From: Candidatus Woesearchaeota archaeon
GTDB taxonomy: Archaea > Nanobdellota > Nanobdellia > Woesearchaeales > JAFCFN01
Assembly (NCBI GenBank): GCA_017609245.1
Contig: JAFCEI010000001.1
Location: 1 to 38,870, forward strand
Length of the DNA: 38,870 nucleotides
Direction of reading: 5' to 3'
The notes beneath the pieces were generated by a model. It was given only the letters and a program-made list of their open reading frames with translations. It ran no database searches and was not told where the DNA came from. Shown here piece after piece: positions 17,985-25,961 of this stretch. Within the stretch, counting starts at the first letter, position 1. Each line of letters opens with the position of its first letter. The position numbers were made by a program, and so were the translations under genes.

Positions 17985-18434
17985 TTATACCCGCCTTCCT
18001 CTTTTTCCTCCTTTTTTCCTGCAACCATCATGGGGAACTGGAGTCACATCTTCTATGATCCCTATTTTCAGACCAGTTCTAGATAAAGCACGTATTGCTG
18101 CTTGAGCTCCTGGTCCAGGAGAAGATGGTCCGTTGTGGCCGCCAGGCGCTTTAATCTTAACATGTATGCCTTTTATGCCTTTTTCAGATATGTTCTCTGC
18201 TGTTTTTTTTGCTGCCATAATCGCGGCAGTTGGTGAACTTTCCAACCTATCTGTTTTTACAACCTGGCCTCCAGAAACCCTTGACAGCGTCTCTGTACCA
18301 GTGATATCTGTAACATGTATCATTGTATTGTTGTAACTAGAGTAAATATGAGCAACTGCCCACCTTATTGGCTGGAAGCTTTTAGGCGGCATGCTTCTTG
18401 GCTTACGAGGATTGTTTGGTCTTTGCGGTTTCAT
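17985..18434 (-). CDS. rps11: 30S ribosomal protein S11 (uS11)
   Basis: [32 protein letters not shown]...[11 protein letters not shown]. Has a basic N-terminal extension. Confidence 0.9.
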   Translation of the reverse strand: MKPQRPNNPRKPRSMPPKSFQPIRWAVAHIYSSYNNTMIHVTDITGTETLSRVSGGQVVKTDRLESSPTAAIMAAKKTAENISEKGIKGIHVKIKAPGGHNGPSSPGPGAQAAIRALSRTGLKIGIIEDVTPVPHDGCRKKGGKRGRRV

Positions 18435-19108
18435 TTTTCTTGCTTAGGAGATTCTTCTTTTTTCTCTTTAGGTTTTGCTTCTGCTTTTTCTTTTGGTTTT
18501 TCCTCTTTTTTTTCTTGCTTTTTCTCTTCTTTGGCAGGCTTTTTTTCTTTAGCCTCTTCTTTTATCTTTTTTGCCTTAGTGACAGGTGCTTCCTTAACCT
18601 GAACTCTTTCAGGATGTTCAGAATCATTAAATGCTGATTTGTCAACAAATCTTATCTGCCCTTCTTCTGATTTTCTTACCAGATAAGAGGGCACTGTGAT
18701 TTTTTTGTTTCCGATGCATATATGTCCATGTGTTATGAGTTGTCTTGCCTGCATTGGTGTTTTTGCAAGAGACTTTTTAAAAACCAGTGTCTGCAGCCTT
18801 CTTTCTAAAATTTTTCTAAGGTCTAATGCCAGGATCTCATCAAGTTCTGCTGCAGCAGACACTAACCCAAGTGAAGACAGTTTTTTCAAAAGCTGTTTCT
18901 TCTCTAATTGTGTCTGAGGAGTTGTTGCTGTAATCAGCTTTTTTGCCTGATTAGCAAATGAGCTTAGGAAAGAGTTCATCTTCCATATTTCTTTCTTGTT
19001 CTTCAGCCCGTACTCTTTGATCAGTTCTTTTTCATCATCAATTCTTGCTTTCTGCCAAAGAACTAATGGCGTCTTATACTGTTTCCTTCTTCTCTTCGGG
19101 TCTCCCAT
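18431..19108 (-). CDS. rps4: 30S ribosomal protein S4 (uS4) with a Lys/Glu-rich C-terminal tail
   Basis: [18 protein letters not shown]...[25 protein letters not shown], followed by a low-complexity K/E tail of about 55 aa. Confidence 0.9.
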   Translation of the reverse strand: MGDPKRRRKQYKTPLVLWQKARIDDEKELIKEYGLKNKKEIWKMNSFLSSFANQAKKLITATTPQTQLEKKQLLKKLSSLGLVSAAAELDEILALDLRKILERRLQTLVFKKSLAKTPMQARQLITHGHICIGNKKITVPSYLVRKSEEGQIRFVDKSAFNDSEHPERVQVKEAPVTKAKKIKEEAKEKKPAKEEKKQEKKEEKPKEKAEAKPKEKKEESPKQEK

Positions 19109-19110
19109 GT

Positions 19111-19596
19111 TTATTTACCTGATTTTTTTCCCTTTCTTGATACTCCAAGATGCACTTTTCCTTTTGTTGGCCTGAAGTTGGATTTTGTTCTTTGTCCCCT
19201 CACAGGCAGTTTAAACATATGTCGCACTCCTTTGTAGGCTTTTATCTTTTTTAGCCTCTTAATATCATTCTCTTTTGTGTATGTAAGATCTGTTGTTAAG
19301 ATGTGGATGTCTTCTCCTGTTTCATAATCTCTTCTTCTGTTCACCATCCAAACAGGTATGCCTGATTTTAGCGGATTTTTGATAGTGTTTTCTAATTTTT
19401 TAATCTCCTCTTCTGTCAGTTCCCCTGTAATCTTATCCCTGTCTACACCTGACAAGTTGCAGATTGCGTTAGCAAATATAAACCCTATTCCTTTGATTTT
19501 TCTTAAGGAATTTTTGATAGATTTAGCTCCATCTAGATCTGTGTTCAAGATCCTTACAATGTGCTTGTAGTTTTGTGTTTTCTGTTTTTCTTCCAA
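19111..19596 (-). CDS. rps13: 30S ribosomal protein S13 (uS13)
   Basis: IVRILNTDLDGAKSIKNSLRKIKGIGFIFANAIC...GVRHMFKLPVRGQRTKSN. Confidence 0.9.
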   Translation of the reverse strand: MEEKQKTQNYKHIVRILNTDLDGAKSIKNSLRKIKGIGFIFANAICNLSGVDRDKITGELTEEEIKKLENTIKNPLKSGIPVWMVNRRRDYETGEDIHILTTDLTYTKENDIKRLKKIKAYKGVRHMFKLPVRGQRTKSNFRPTKGKVHLGVSRKGKKSGK

Positions 19597-19683
19597 TTTG
19601 CCACCTGTAAAATCCGAGAACTCTTAATAAGAGCCCTAATATCGCTATTCACTCGGACTATATTAAAACCTAAAAATCGGTAG

Positions 19684-19693
19684 TTTATAAAGG
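19684..19693 (-). promoter_or_regulatory. TATA box (CCTTTATAAA on minus) for the rps13 operon
   Basis: Located between tRNA-His and rps13, about 90 nt upstream of the rps13 ATG, which has a GGTGG SD-like element. Confidence 0.4.
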
Positions 19694-19715
19694 TTGCGAA
19701 ATGAGCTCTGAAAAA

Positions 19716-19825
19716 TGGGGCGACAGGCGAGAATCGAACTCGCTTCTCAGGCTTTCGGCTTAGATACATTTGCAAAGCAAATGTAATCCACAGGCCTGAA
19801 TAATAACCATTATACCACTGCCGCC
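19716..19825 (-). tRNA. tRNA-His (GUG) with a ~34-nt intron, encoded G-1 and encoded CCA
   Basis: Hand fold of the reverse complement:
- G(-1), then acceptor GCGGCAG / CUGUCGC and C73, followed by CCA.
- Anticodon stem CAGGC/GCCUG with loop CUGUGGA.
- 41 nt lie between the stem halves, so the intron is 34 nt at or near 37/38; it contains the hairpin ACAUUUGC-UU-UGCAAAUGU.
- T arm GCGAG-UUCGAUU-CUCGC. Confidence 0.8.
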
Positions 19826-19849
19826 ATTCACAAAAAGATAGAAATCTGG

Positions 19850-19858
19850 TTTATAAAG
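19850..19858 (-). promoter_or_regulatory. TATA box (CTTTATAAA on minus) for tRNA-His
   Basis: Centred about 29 nt upstream of the tRNA 5' end. Confidence 0.45.
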
Positions 19859-19865
19859 TTTTGGC

Positions 19866-20360
19866 TTATTTCTTTCTGTAGCTACTGATGACATAAGGTG
19901 TGGCAAAAGCTATAGCATATATTACGCTCACAAGTGCCGGAGAGTGGGGATTTTCAATTGCCAGGGCAATCTGCATCTCATTTGTCAGTACAGCTATGAT
20001 ATAAATATTAATCAATGCTATCGCTGGAATAAAGACGCCTGCAATTATTCGATGCCTGGGGTCAATATTCTCTATGTCATTCAGAATAAGATTAAACAAC
20101 AACCCAAATACCAGGGCGACTGTTGCGATTATTATGTAGAGAGGAAGTTTGTTCAAGGTCAATAAGAAAAGCACCAATACGACTGAAATGAGGATGTTTC
20201 CTACAACTGTAATGACCAGCGCTGTCCAATACACAACCTTATTCATGAAAGGCCTGACATCTGATTTGTCTGAACTCTGGATTATCTTGAAAGCTTTATT
20301 GATGTCTTCGTTTGTCCAACCTCTCTCTTTTAGATTTTTGATCATGCTTTCCTTGACCAT
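19866..20360 (-). CDS. Hypothetical membrane protein (about 4 TM)
   Basis: Soluble N-terminal ~35 aa followed by four hydrophobic segments. No motif recognised. Confidence 0.5.
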   Translation of the reverse strand: MVKESMIKNLKERGWTNEDINKAFKIIQSSDKSDVRPFMNKVVYWTALVITVVGNILISVVLVLFLLTLNKLPLYIIIATVALVFGLLFNLILNDIENIDPRHRIIAGVFIPAIALINIYIIAVLTNEMQIALAIENPHSPALVSVIYAIAFATPYVISSYRKK

Positions 20361-20395
20361 TTTGATTATTAATCAGTTTTTATTTAAATGCCTTT

Positions 20396-20854
20396 CTACT
20401 TTATCAGCTCTTCCTGGATATATTCAAGAAAATCTTTTGCCTTAAGATAATATTCTTTAATATCATCTATCTTGACCTCCACAGTGTGCGTGTTACTGAG
20501 ATGCGCTATCATTGTGACGTGCCTTCTGTATTCTTCTCTTTTTCCTATGTTCTTGCACTTGGCTAGTCTTCTTAGCAAAAGATAAAAATCAAGATTATCG
20601 ACAATCTTTTCATCATCCCTGAACTCTTTTTTAATGATCTCTGCCTTCATTGCAGGGGCAGTCGGGATTTCTTTGATTTTCTTCTCCTCCAACAGCCTAT
20701 TTAACAGACCATCCATTATGCAGTCATATGTTGTGATCAGCCTATGGATGACGCTTTTGATTACATCCACTGTTCTTGTGTATTTTAAGCTAACATAAAG
20801 AAGATGGTCCACCCTCTTGAACTCTTCAAGTGCCTTATCTAAATATTCTTTCAT
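20396..20854 (-). CDS. Hypothetical alpha-helical protein, downstream member of a tandem paralog pair
   Basis: 152 aa. Collinear similarity to the upstream 161-aa ORF (see findings). Confidence 0.5.
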   Translation of the reverse strand: MKEYLDKALEEFKRVDHLLYVSLKYTRTVDVIKSVIHRLITTYDCIMDGLLNRLLEEKKIKEIPTAPAMKAEIIKKEFRDDEKIVDNLDFYLLLRRLAKCKNIGKREEYRRHVTMIAHLSNTHTVEVKIDDIKEYYLKAKDFLEYIQEELIK

Positions 20855-21320
20855 TTTGGCTCACTATTTTTGCTGAAAGGTTCACAAACTCTTTTGTCTT
20901 CTGTATGTGATCCTTTATCTGCTCCATTGATATTGTCCTTAATTTGTAGGAATTTGAACATATGACAAACTTTCCTTTTCTTTCAAATTCCATGGGGCTT
21001 TTCTTATGCTCAAGCATTATGCTTTTTATGCTCTGCAAAAGCCGGATGTAGTTCTGATCTACATTGTATTTTGGGGCGCATTTTTCCTTGAATATGGCAA
21101 ATTTTGCCTCAAAATTATCAGTGAATGTCGGTATTCTCTTGAATAAACGTTCATAATGGAGTATGGATGACATTGAGTATGTCAGTGCTAAAAAGAGATT
21201 CTCCATGATGACTAAAAGCAGCTTTGTATCCTTGACCAAAGGATATGTCATTGTCAGCATGTGATCTGCTATCTGAAGCCTGCTTTTTGCCTGATCTCTT
21301 AATAACTGGAATTTCTCCAT
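20835..21320 (-). CDS. Hypothetical alpha-helical protein, upstream member of a tandem paralog pair
   Basis: 161 aa. Its 3' end overlaps the next gene by 20 nt. Confidence 0.5.
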   Translation of the reverse strand: MEKFQLLRDQAKSRLQIADHMLTMTYPLVKDTKLLLVIMENLFLALTYSMSSILHYERLFKRIPTFTDNFEAKFAIFKEKCAPKYNVDQNYIRLLQSIKSIMLEHKKSPMEFERKGKFVICSNSYKLRTISMEQIKDHIQKTKEFVNLSAKIVSQNERIFR

Positions 21321-21364
21321 ACTAAAAAGTATGGGAAATGATATTTTAATAGTTTTCGGAAGAA

Positions 21365-21694
21365 TTAACCTTTGATAGACAAGATAGCTTTTGCTAAATC
21401 GCCTTCAGATTCTTCTAGAGCTTGTTTTGCCTCATCTTCTGTGCAGCCTGTTTGTTCAGATACTGTGCTTATGTCGTCCTGGGATATTTCTGCTTCAGAT
21501 TCTCTTTCTTCTATATCTCCTGTTATCTGGAATGACTGGTTTCCTGCCATCTCTATCTTAGCTACAGAAGGATTTGTGATGATTATATCTTTATCTTCTG
21601 TTTTTATGATTACTTCAGAAGCAGGGATCTCTTCCTGTTTGATGCCCATCTTTTTCATGGCCTGCTGCATCTGTTTTGGATTTATGTTGAACAT
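21365..21694 (-). CDS. nac: Nascent polypeptide-associated complex protein (NAC plus UBA domains)
   Basis: PKQMQQAMKKMGIKQEEIPASEVIIKTEDKDIIITNPSVAKIEMAGNQSFQITG is the NAC domain. The C-terminal TGCTEDEAKQALEESEGDLAKAI is UBA-like. Confidence 0.85.
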   Translation of the reverse strand: MFNINPKQMQQAMKKMGIKQEEIPASEVIIKTEDKDIIITNPSVAKIEMAGNQSFQITGDIEERESEAEISQDDISTVSEQTGCTEDEAKQALEESEGDLAKAILSIKG

Positions 21695-21695
21695 T

Positions 21696-21860
21696 TTAAC
21701 CTAATATCACGCTTGTGTGCAGAAATATCTCTATCAGGATCACGATTATCACAAAAACAACTATAAGTCCAGGCTTGAATTCGATCTTGCTCTTGTATTC
21801 GTCAAAATATCTTACCAGTCCCCCTATTCCAGAAGGCATGCTTATTTTTTGGTCTGACAT
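21696..21860 (-). CDS. Preprotein translocase subunit Sec61beta (54 aa; below the ORF-track cutoff)
   Basis: My translation is MSDQKISMPSGIGGLVRYFDEYKSKIEFKPGLIVVFVIIVILIEIFLHTSVILG. It has the GGLVRYFDE motif plus a C-terminal TM tail anchor. Its stop lies 1 nt before the nac ATG. Confidence 0.75.
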   Translation of the reverse strand: MSDQKISMPSGIGGLVRYFDEYKSKIEFKPGLIVVFVIIVILIEIFLHTSVILG

Positions 21861-21885
21861 TTTTGTTTTTCCTTATTTAAGATAA

Positions 21886-22246
21886 TGTGTGGGGCAACAT
21901 AAGCCGCATTTTGTCAGTCCTGCTTAGCAATGGACTGCCTTAACATTCTACTATGCGTAATTGGGCTAGATGCCGTAACTTGCACCGACCAGGGCTAGCT
22001 GTTTAACCGTATCCTTTAAAGACATCAATGGGTTAACTCCCTGCCAATTGCTTGGTAGGTTCGCCATATCATCTCAATTTTAAAGGGCGTGTCATGTCTG
22101 TGCTGTTGCCTTGCATTTCTGCAACTTGCTTTCACAAGTGGCCTCTTAAAGCTCAAGTCATGATTGCGCTTCACGACTCTTGCAATGGTGGGCGGACTTT
22201 CCTCACAATCTAAAAGATTGCGTCAGTTAAGTAATTACCCCACTTA
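21886..22246 (-). ncRNA. rnpB: RNase P RNA
   Basis: The reverse complement carries GAGGAAAGTCCGCCC (CR-I, plus-strand 22190-22204) and ACAAAATGCGGCTTATG (CR-V-like ACAnAAnnnGGCTTA). P1 is GTGGGG/CCCCAC (22238-22243 with 21889-21894). No ORF. The ends are approximate. Confidence 0.8.
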
Positions 22247-22264
22247 AGATAGTAAGAATTAAGG

Positions 22265-22274
22265 CTTTATAAAA
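22265..22274 (-). promoter_or_regulatory. TATA box for RNase P RNA
   Basis: TTTTATAAAG (minus sense) lies about 25 nt upstream of the P1 5' strand. Confidence 0.45.
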
Positions 22275-22298
22275 TTAGTGTTTTTTTGCTGATATGAT

Positions 22299-22577
22299 TT
22301 ATCTTTTCTTTTTCATCTCTTGTCTCATCAGTCTTACTTCTGCCAGCTCTGCCTGGGCCACTACCTTTAACTCCTCTTTCATGTTTTCAGATGCTGACAA
22401 TATGATAATCAATGTCACCAAGATTAACCATAAGAAGATCAATGACAGAAGCTCGTAACCAAATCCAGTTGACACTGCCACTTTTTGGATAAATGAAAAT
22501 CCGATGATAAGAACCAGAATCCCTATAATAAGAAGTATTTTTTCATATAAGGTTGGCTTTCTTATTTCACCTCTCAT
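22299..22577 (-). CDS. Small membrane protein (92 aa from the internal start)
   Basis: Start reset to MRGEIRKPTLYEK... because CCTTTATAAAC (22599-22609, minus sense) sits about 25 nt upstream, which fits a leaderless start. Has 2-3 TM segments and a charged C-terminal helix. Confidence 0.45.
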   Translation of the reverse strand: MRGEIRKPTLYEKILLIIGILVLIIGFSFIQKVAVSTGFGYELLSLIFLWLILVTLIIILSASENMKEELKVVAQAELAEVRLMRQEMKKKR

Positions 22578-22598
22578 GAATATTAGAAGATAATTGAG

Positions 22599-22609
22599 GT
22601 TTATAAAGG
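22599..22609 (-). promoter_or_regulatory. TATA box in the short gap just downstream of the gyrA stop
   Basis: CCTTTATAAAC (minus sense) lies in the 37-nt gap between the gyrA stop (22615) and the ATG at 22575-22577, inside the N-terminal part of the longer track ORF 22299..22625. Confidence 0.4.
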
Positions 22610-22614
22610 TTTTG

Positions 22615-25005
22615 CTATTGCGCAATCTTGGCCAAAGAGGTTAAAATATCTCCTGGAGCAAGTTTCATTATCCTTACTCCTTGCGTTATTCTCCCCATCT
22701 GAGAAACATCTGAAGCAGTAATTCTGATTGCAATACCTTTCTGGGATATTAGCATAAGCTCGTCTTCTCCTGTAACTGTCTTAACGCCCGCTACAAATCC
22801 GTTTTTGTCAGTTATGTTCAGATTCAGAACACCGGAGCCCCCTCTCTTGATCAGCCTGTATTCAGATATTTTAGTTCTTTTTCCAAATCCGTTTTCAGTA
22901 ACTGTCAACAAAGAGTCTTCATCTCTGGCTATTGCAAGGCCAATCACCTCATCATTTGATTTTAGCTTAATCCCTCTTACGCCTGCTGCTGCTCTCCCCA
23001 TTGGCCTCACATCATTCTCATCAAACTTGATGGCCATCCCGTTTCTTGTGGCCATCAACAGCTTTTGACTGCCGTCAGTAAGGACTGCATTCACCAAGCT
23101 GTCATCATCAAGGTTTATTGCTTTTATCCCTGTTCTCCTAATATTTTCAAATGCTGACAGCTCTGTTTTTTTTATTGTTCCGTTTCTTGTGGCCATGACC
23201 AGAAACAGCTTTTCTTTAAATTCCTTGACTGGAATTGACTCTGTTATTTTCTGGTTTTTTATGTTCAGCAGATTTACAATTGGCGTTCCTTTTGCCTGCC
23301 TTCTTGTGTCAGGTATCTGATGCACTTTCAAAGAATAAACAATCCCCTTGTCTGTAAAAAACAATACATCATTAACAGTATTTGCAATAAAAATATCCTC
23401 TACAAAATCTTCTTCTCTTGTTGTTGCTGCAATTATTCCCTTGCCCCCTCTTTTCTGACGTTTGTAGCTTGATATAGGCATTCTTTTGATATATCCTGAA
23501 TGGGTGATTGTTATGACAACGTCTTCTGGCTTGATTATCTCTTCAATATCTCTTTCTATCACAGCATGGCTGATCTCTGTCATCCTTTGCCCATTGTATT
23601 TTTCCTTTAATTCAGCTAGTTCTTGTTTGATTATATCCAGAATCTTTTGGGCAGACCCTAAAATTGATTTCAATTCTTCTATCTTTTTGGCCAGTTCAGA
23701 ATCTTCTTTTGACATCTTTTCCTGTTCTAAAGATGTTAATTTCTGCAATCTCATGTCCAGAATTGCCGATGCCTGTTTTTTAGTAAGCTTAAAATTGTCT
23801 ATCAGGTGATCTATTGCCTGTTCTGTTGATTTGGAACTTCTTATGACTTTAATGATATTATCTATATTTTTTAAAGCTATCAGCAATCCTTCTACAATGT
23901 GCTTTCTGTATTCTGCTTTTTTAAGATCAAATTGCGTTCGCTTTGTGATCATCTCTTTTCTAAATTTGATAAAGTTAGCAATCAAACTTTTTATGTTAAG
24001 AACAACAGGCCTGTTATCAACCAATGCAAGCATGATTATTCCGAATGTAGTTTCCAGCCTGCTATATCTATATAATTGTTTTAAAATCAATTCAGGGGCT
24101 GCAGACTTTTTAAGTTCAAGGATAATCCTTATCCCTTTTCTGTCTGATTCGTCCCTTAAATCAGTCACGTCTGTTACCTTTTTATCCTTGACTAATTTTG
24201 CGATTTCCTGAACAAGATCTGATTTGTTTACCTGGTAAGGAATTTCTGTAATTATGATCTTGTTTTCCTGAACATCTGCTCTTGCCCTTAAGGTTATTTT
24301 TCCCCTTCCAGTTTTATAAGCATCTTTAATCCCTTGCTTACCCATTATCAAACCTGCTGTTGGAAAGTCAGGTCCTGGAACTAATTGGATTAGTTCATCA
24401 ATTGTAATCTCTGGGTTATCAACTGCAGCGATTATTGCCGAGCATACTTCTGAAAGATTATGAGGCGGGATGTTTGTTGCCATTCCAACTGCTATTCCTG
24501 AGGAACCGTTAATCAGTAAGTTAGGAACTTTTGAAGGCAAAACAGAAGGCTCTTTTGTTGAATTATCAAAATTAGGAACAAACTCAACTGTCTGTTTCTC
24601 AATATCCTGCAGCATCTCTTCTGAAAGCTTGGACAGCCTTGCTTCTGTATATCTCATTGCAGCTGCCCTATCTCCATCAATAGAGCCAAAATTTCCCTGA
24701 CCTTGCACCAAAGGATATCTTAGGCTAAAGCCTTGAGCCATCCTTACCAAAGAGTCATATATTGCTGCATCACCATGGGGATGATATTTAGCCATGCAAT
24801 TACCAACTATGTTTGCTGATTTCTTGAAAGGCTTATTGTGCAATAAGCCCAGCTCATGCATTGTGTAAAGAACTCTTCTGTGAACTGGCTTTAAGCCGTC
24901 TCTTACGTCTGGCAATGCCCTGCCAACTATCACTGACATAGAATAATCTAGGTAAGACTGCTTCATCTCGTCTTCAATAACCCTTTGCTTGATTTGTTCT
25001 GGCAT
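22615..25005 (-). CDS. gyrA: DNA gyrase subunit A
   Basis: [39 protein letters not shown], then the catalytic AAMRYTE region, with beta-pinwheel repeats at the C-terminus. Confidence 0.95.
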   Translation of the reverse strand: MPEQIKQRVIEDEMKQSYLDYSMSVIVGRALPDVRDGLKPVHRRVLYTMHELGLLHNKPFKKSANIVGNCMAKYHPHGDAAIYDSLVRMAQGFSLRYPLVQGQGNFGSIDGDRAAAMRYTEARLSKLSEEMLQDIEKQTVEFVPNFDNSTKEPSVLPSKVPNLLINGSSGIAVGMATNIPPHNLSEVCSAIIAAVDNPEITIDELIQLVPGPDFPTAGLIMGKQGIKDAYKTGRGKITLRARADVQENKIIITEIPYQVNKSDLVQEIAKLVKDKKVTDVTDLRDESDRKGIRIILELKKSAAPELILKQLYRYSRLETTFGIIMLALVDNRPVVLNIKSLIANFIKFRKEMITKRTQFDLKKAEYRKHIVEGLLIALKNIDNIIKVIRSSKSTEQAIDHLIDNFKLTKKQASAILDMRLQKLTSLEQEKMSKEDSELAKKIEELKSILGSAQKILDIIKQELAELKEKYNGQRMTEISHAVIERDIEEIIKPEDVVITITHSGYIKRMPISSYKRQKRGGKGIIAATTREEDFVEDIFIANTVNDVLFFTDKGIVYSLKVHQIPDTRRQAKGTPIVNLLNIKNQKITESIPVKEFKEKLFLVMATRNGTIKKTELSAFENIRRTGIKAINLDDDSLVNAVLTDGSQKLLMATRNGMAIKFDENDVRPMGRAAAGVRGIKLKSNDEVIGLAIARDEDSLLTVTENGFGKRTKISEYRLIKRGGSGVLNLNITDKNGFVAGVKTVTGEDELMLISQKGIAIRITASDVSQMGRITQGVRIMKLAPGDILTSLAKIAQ

Positions 25006-25190
25006 TATTTAGTCTTGACTTTCTGATATTTTTTAATGGTCATGTGGTATAATGTTTTTGAATCTATTTTCTGCATCCCGACCACTTCACCGAGATAATA
25101 TTTTATGCCATCTTTTGTTCTTGTTTTTGGAAGTGGTTTATTGTTATCTAATGAAAATTCCAATACAATTCTTGATATGTCTTCACTCAT
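25005..25190 (-). CDS. Hypothetical 61-aa protein translationally coupled to gyrA
   Basis: GGAGG lies 8 nt upstream of its ATG. Its stop overlaps the gyrA ATG (TAATG at 25003-25007). No motif recognised. Confidence 0.45.
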   Translation of the reverse strand: MSEDISRIVLEFSLDNNKPLPKTRTKDGIKYYLGEVVGMQKIDSKTLYHMTIKKYQKVKTK

Positions 25191-25247
25191 CGTAGTTCCT
25201 CCACTTAATTTGAGTTAGAATAACCCTATACAATGAAGAGTGTGGTT

Positions 25248-25257
25248 CTTTATAAAG
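25248..25257 (-). promoter_or_regulatory. Palindromic TATA box CTTTATAAAG upstream of the small-ORF/gyrA operon
   Basis: About 58 nt upstream of the ATG at 25188-25190. Confidence 0.4.
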
Positions 25258-25314
25258 CTTTCTATTGAATTTTAGCTCTAGAAGGCTTGAAATGGCTAAA
25301 TTTAGGGTTTTAAG

Positions 25315-25452
25315 CTAATTTCTGATGCTTTTGAGCACGCTGAAGCTCTTGCCACAATAAACACATTTCTTGACTTTTTTGTCTAAAGAATCAGTTGTGC
25401 TTTTGTAAAGCATTGAATTTTTGCAGTTAGGGCATCTAAGTTTCAGCATCAT
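25315..25452 (-). CDS. Zinc-ribbon protein, 45 aa (below the ORF-track cutoff)
   Basis: My translation is MMLKLRCPNCKNSMLYKSTTDSLDKKVKKCVYCGKSFSVLKSIRN, with CxxC...CxxC. Its ATG overlaps the ndk stop (ATGA at 25449-25452). Confidence 0.5.
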   Translation of the reverse strand: MMLKLRCPNCKNSMLYKSTTDSLDKKVKKCVYCGKSFSVLKSIRN

Positions 25453-25961
25453 TTCCAGACCAGTTCATGCTTTTCAATTTCTTTAGATTCAGTCGGATAT
25501 GATATGGAAGTCAGCTCTTCAGGTTTGAACCAAAGCTTTATCTCTCTTTCAGCTTCCTTTTCATTTTCAGAAGCGTGGATTGCATTCTCAAAAACTCCTT
25601 TCTGAGTTATTCTACCATACCTTCCCCTTATGGAAACAGGATCTGCTTTTTCAGGGTTTGTTGAGCCAACTATGTGCCTAACACTCTTTATTGCATTCTC
25701 ACCCTCATACACAAGTGCCAACACGCGATTTGTGTGATATTCTCCTTGGATATATTTTATCAATTCATCAAAAAAAGGCTCGCCTTTCAGCTCCTTATAG
25801 TGCTCTTTAGCCAATTCTTTCTTAACACTCAATATCTTTGCTCCAACTATCTTAAGTTTTGTTTCTGATAACACTGAAAGAATGTTTCCAGTAAGAGATT
25901 TCAGTAACCCGTCTGGTTTGATCAAAACCAATGTTTGCTGCACATCCATCTTATTCTCCAA
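25449..25961 (-). CDS. ndk: Nucleoside diphosphate kinase
   Basis: QTLVLIKPDG...GSTNPEKADPVSIRGRYG...NAIHASENEKEAEREIKLWF, with the catalytic His in NAIHAS. Confidence 0.9.
   Translation of the reverse strand: MENKMDVQQTLVLIKPDGLLKSLTGNILSVLSETKLKIVGAKILSVKKELAKEHYKELKGEPFFDELIKYIQGEYHTNRVLALVYEGENAIKSVRHIVGSTNPEKADPVSIRGRYGRITQKGVFENAIHASENEKEAEREIKLWFKPEELTSISYPTESKEIEKHELVWK

Noticed and set aside
18315-18637. Two Phe-rich plus-strand ORFs (95 and 79 aa)
   Set aside because: They are the antisense reading of the AAG/GAA-rich Lys/Glu tail of rps4.
19554-19775. 73-aa minus-strand ORF
   Set aside because: It spans the rps13 promoter region and the 3' half of tRNA-His, so it is explained by the tRNA gene.
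20396-20854. HEPN (Rx4-6H) toxin-like assignment for the second tandem paralog
   Set aside because: There is only a single loosely fitting RHVTMIAH spacing. The paralog lacks it, and no antitoxin-like or nucleotidyltransferase partner is present.
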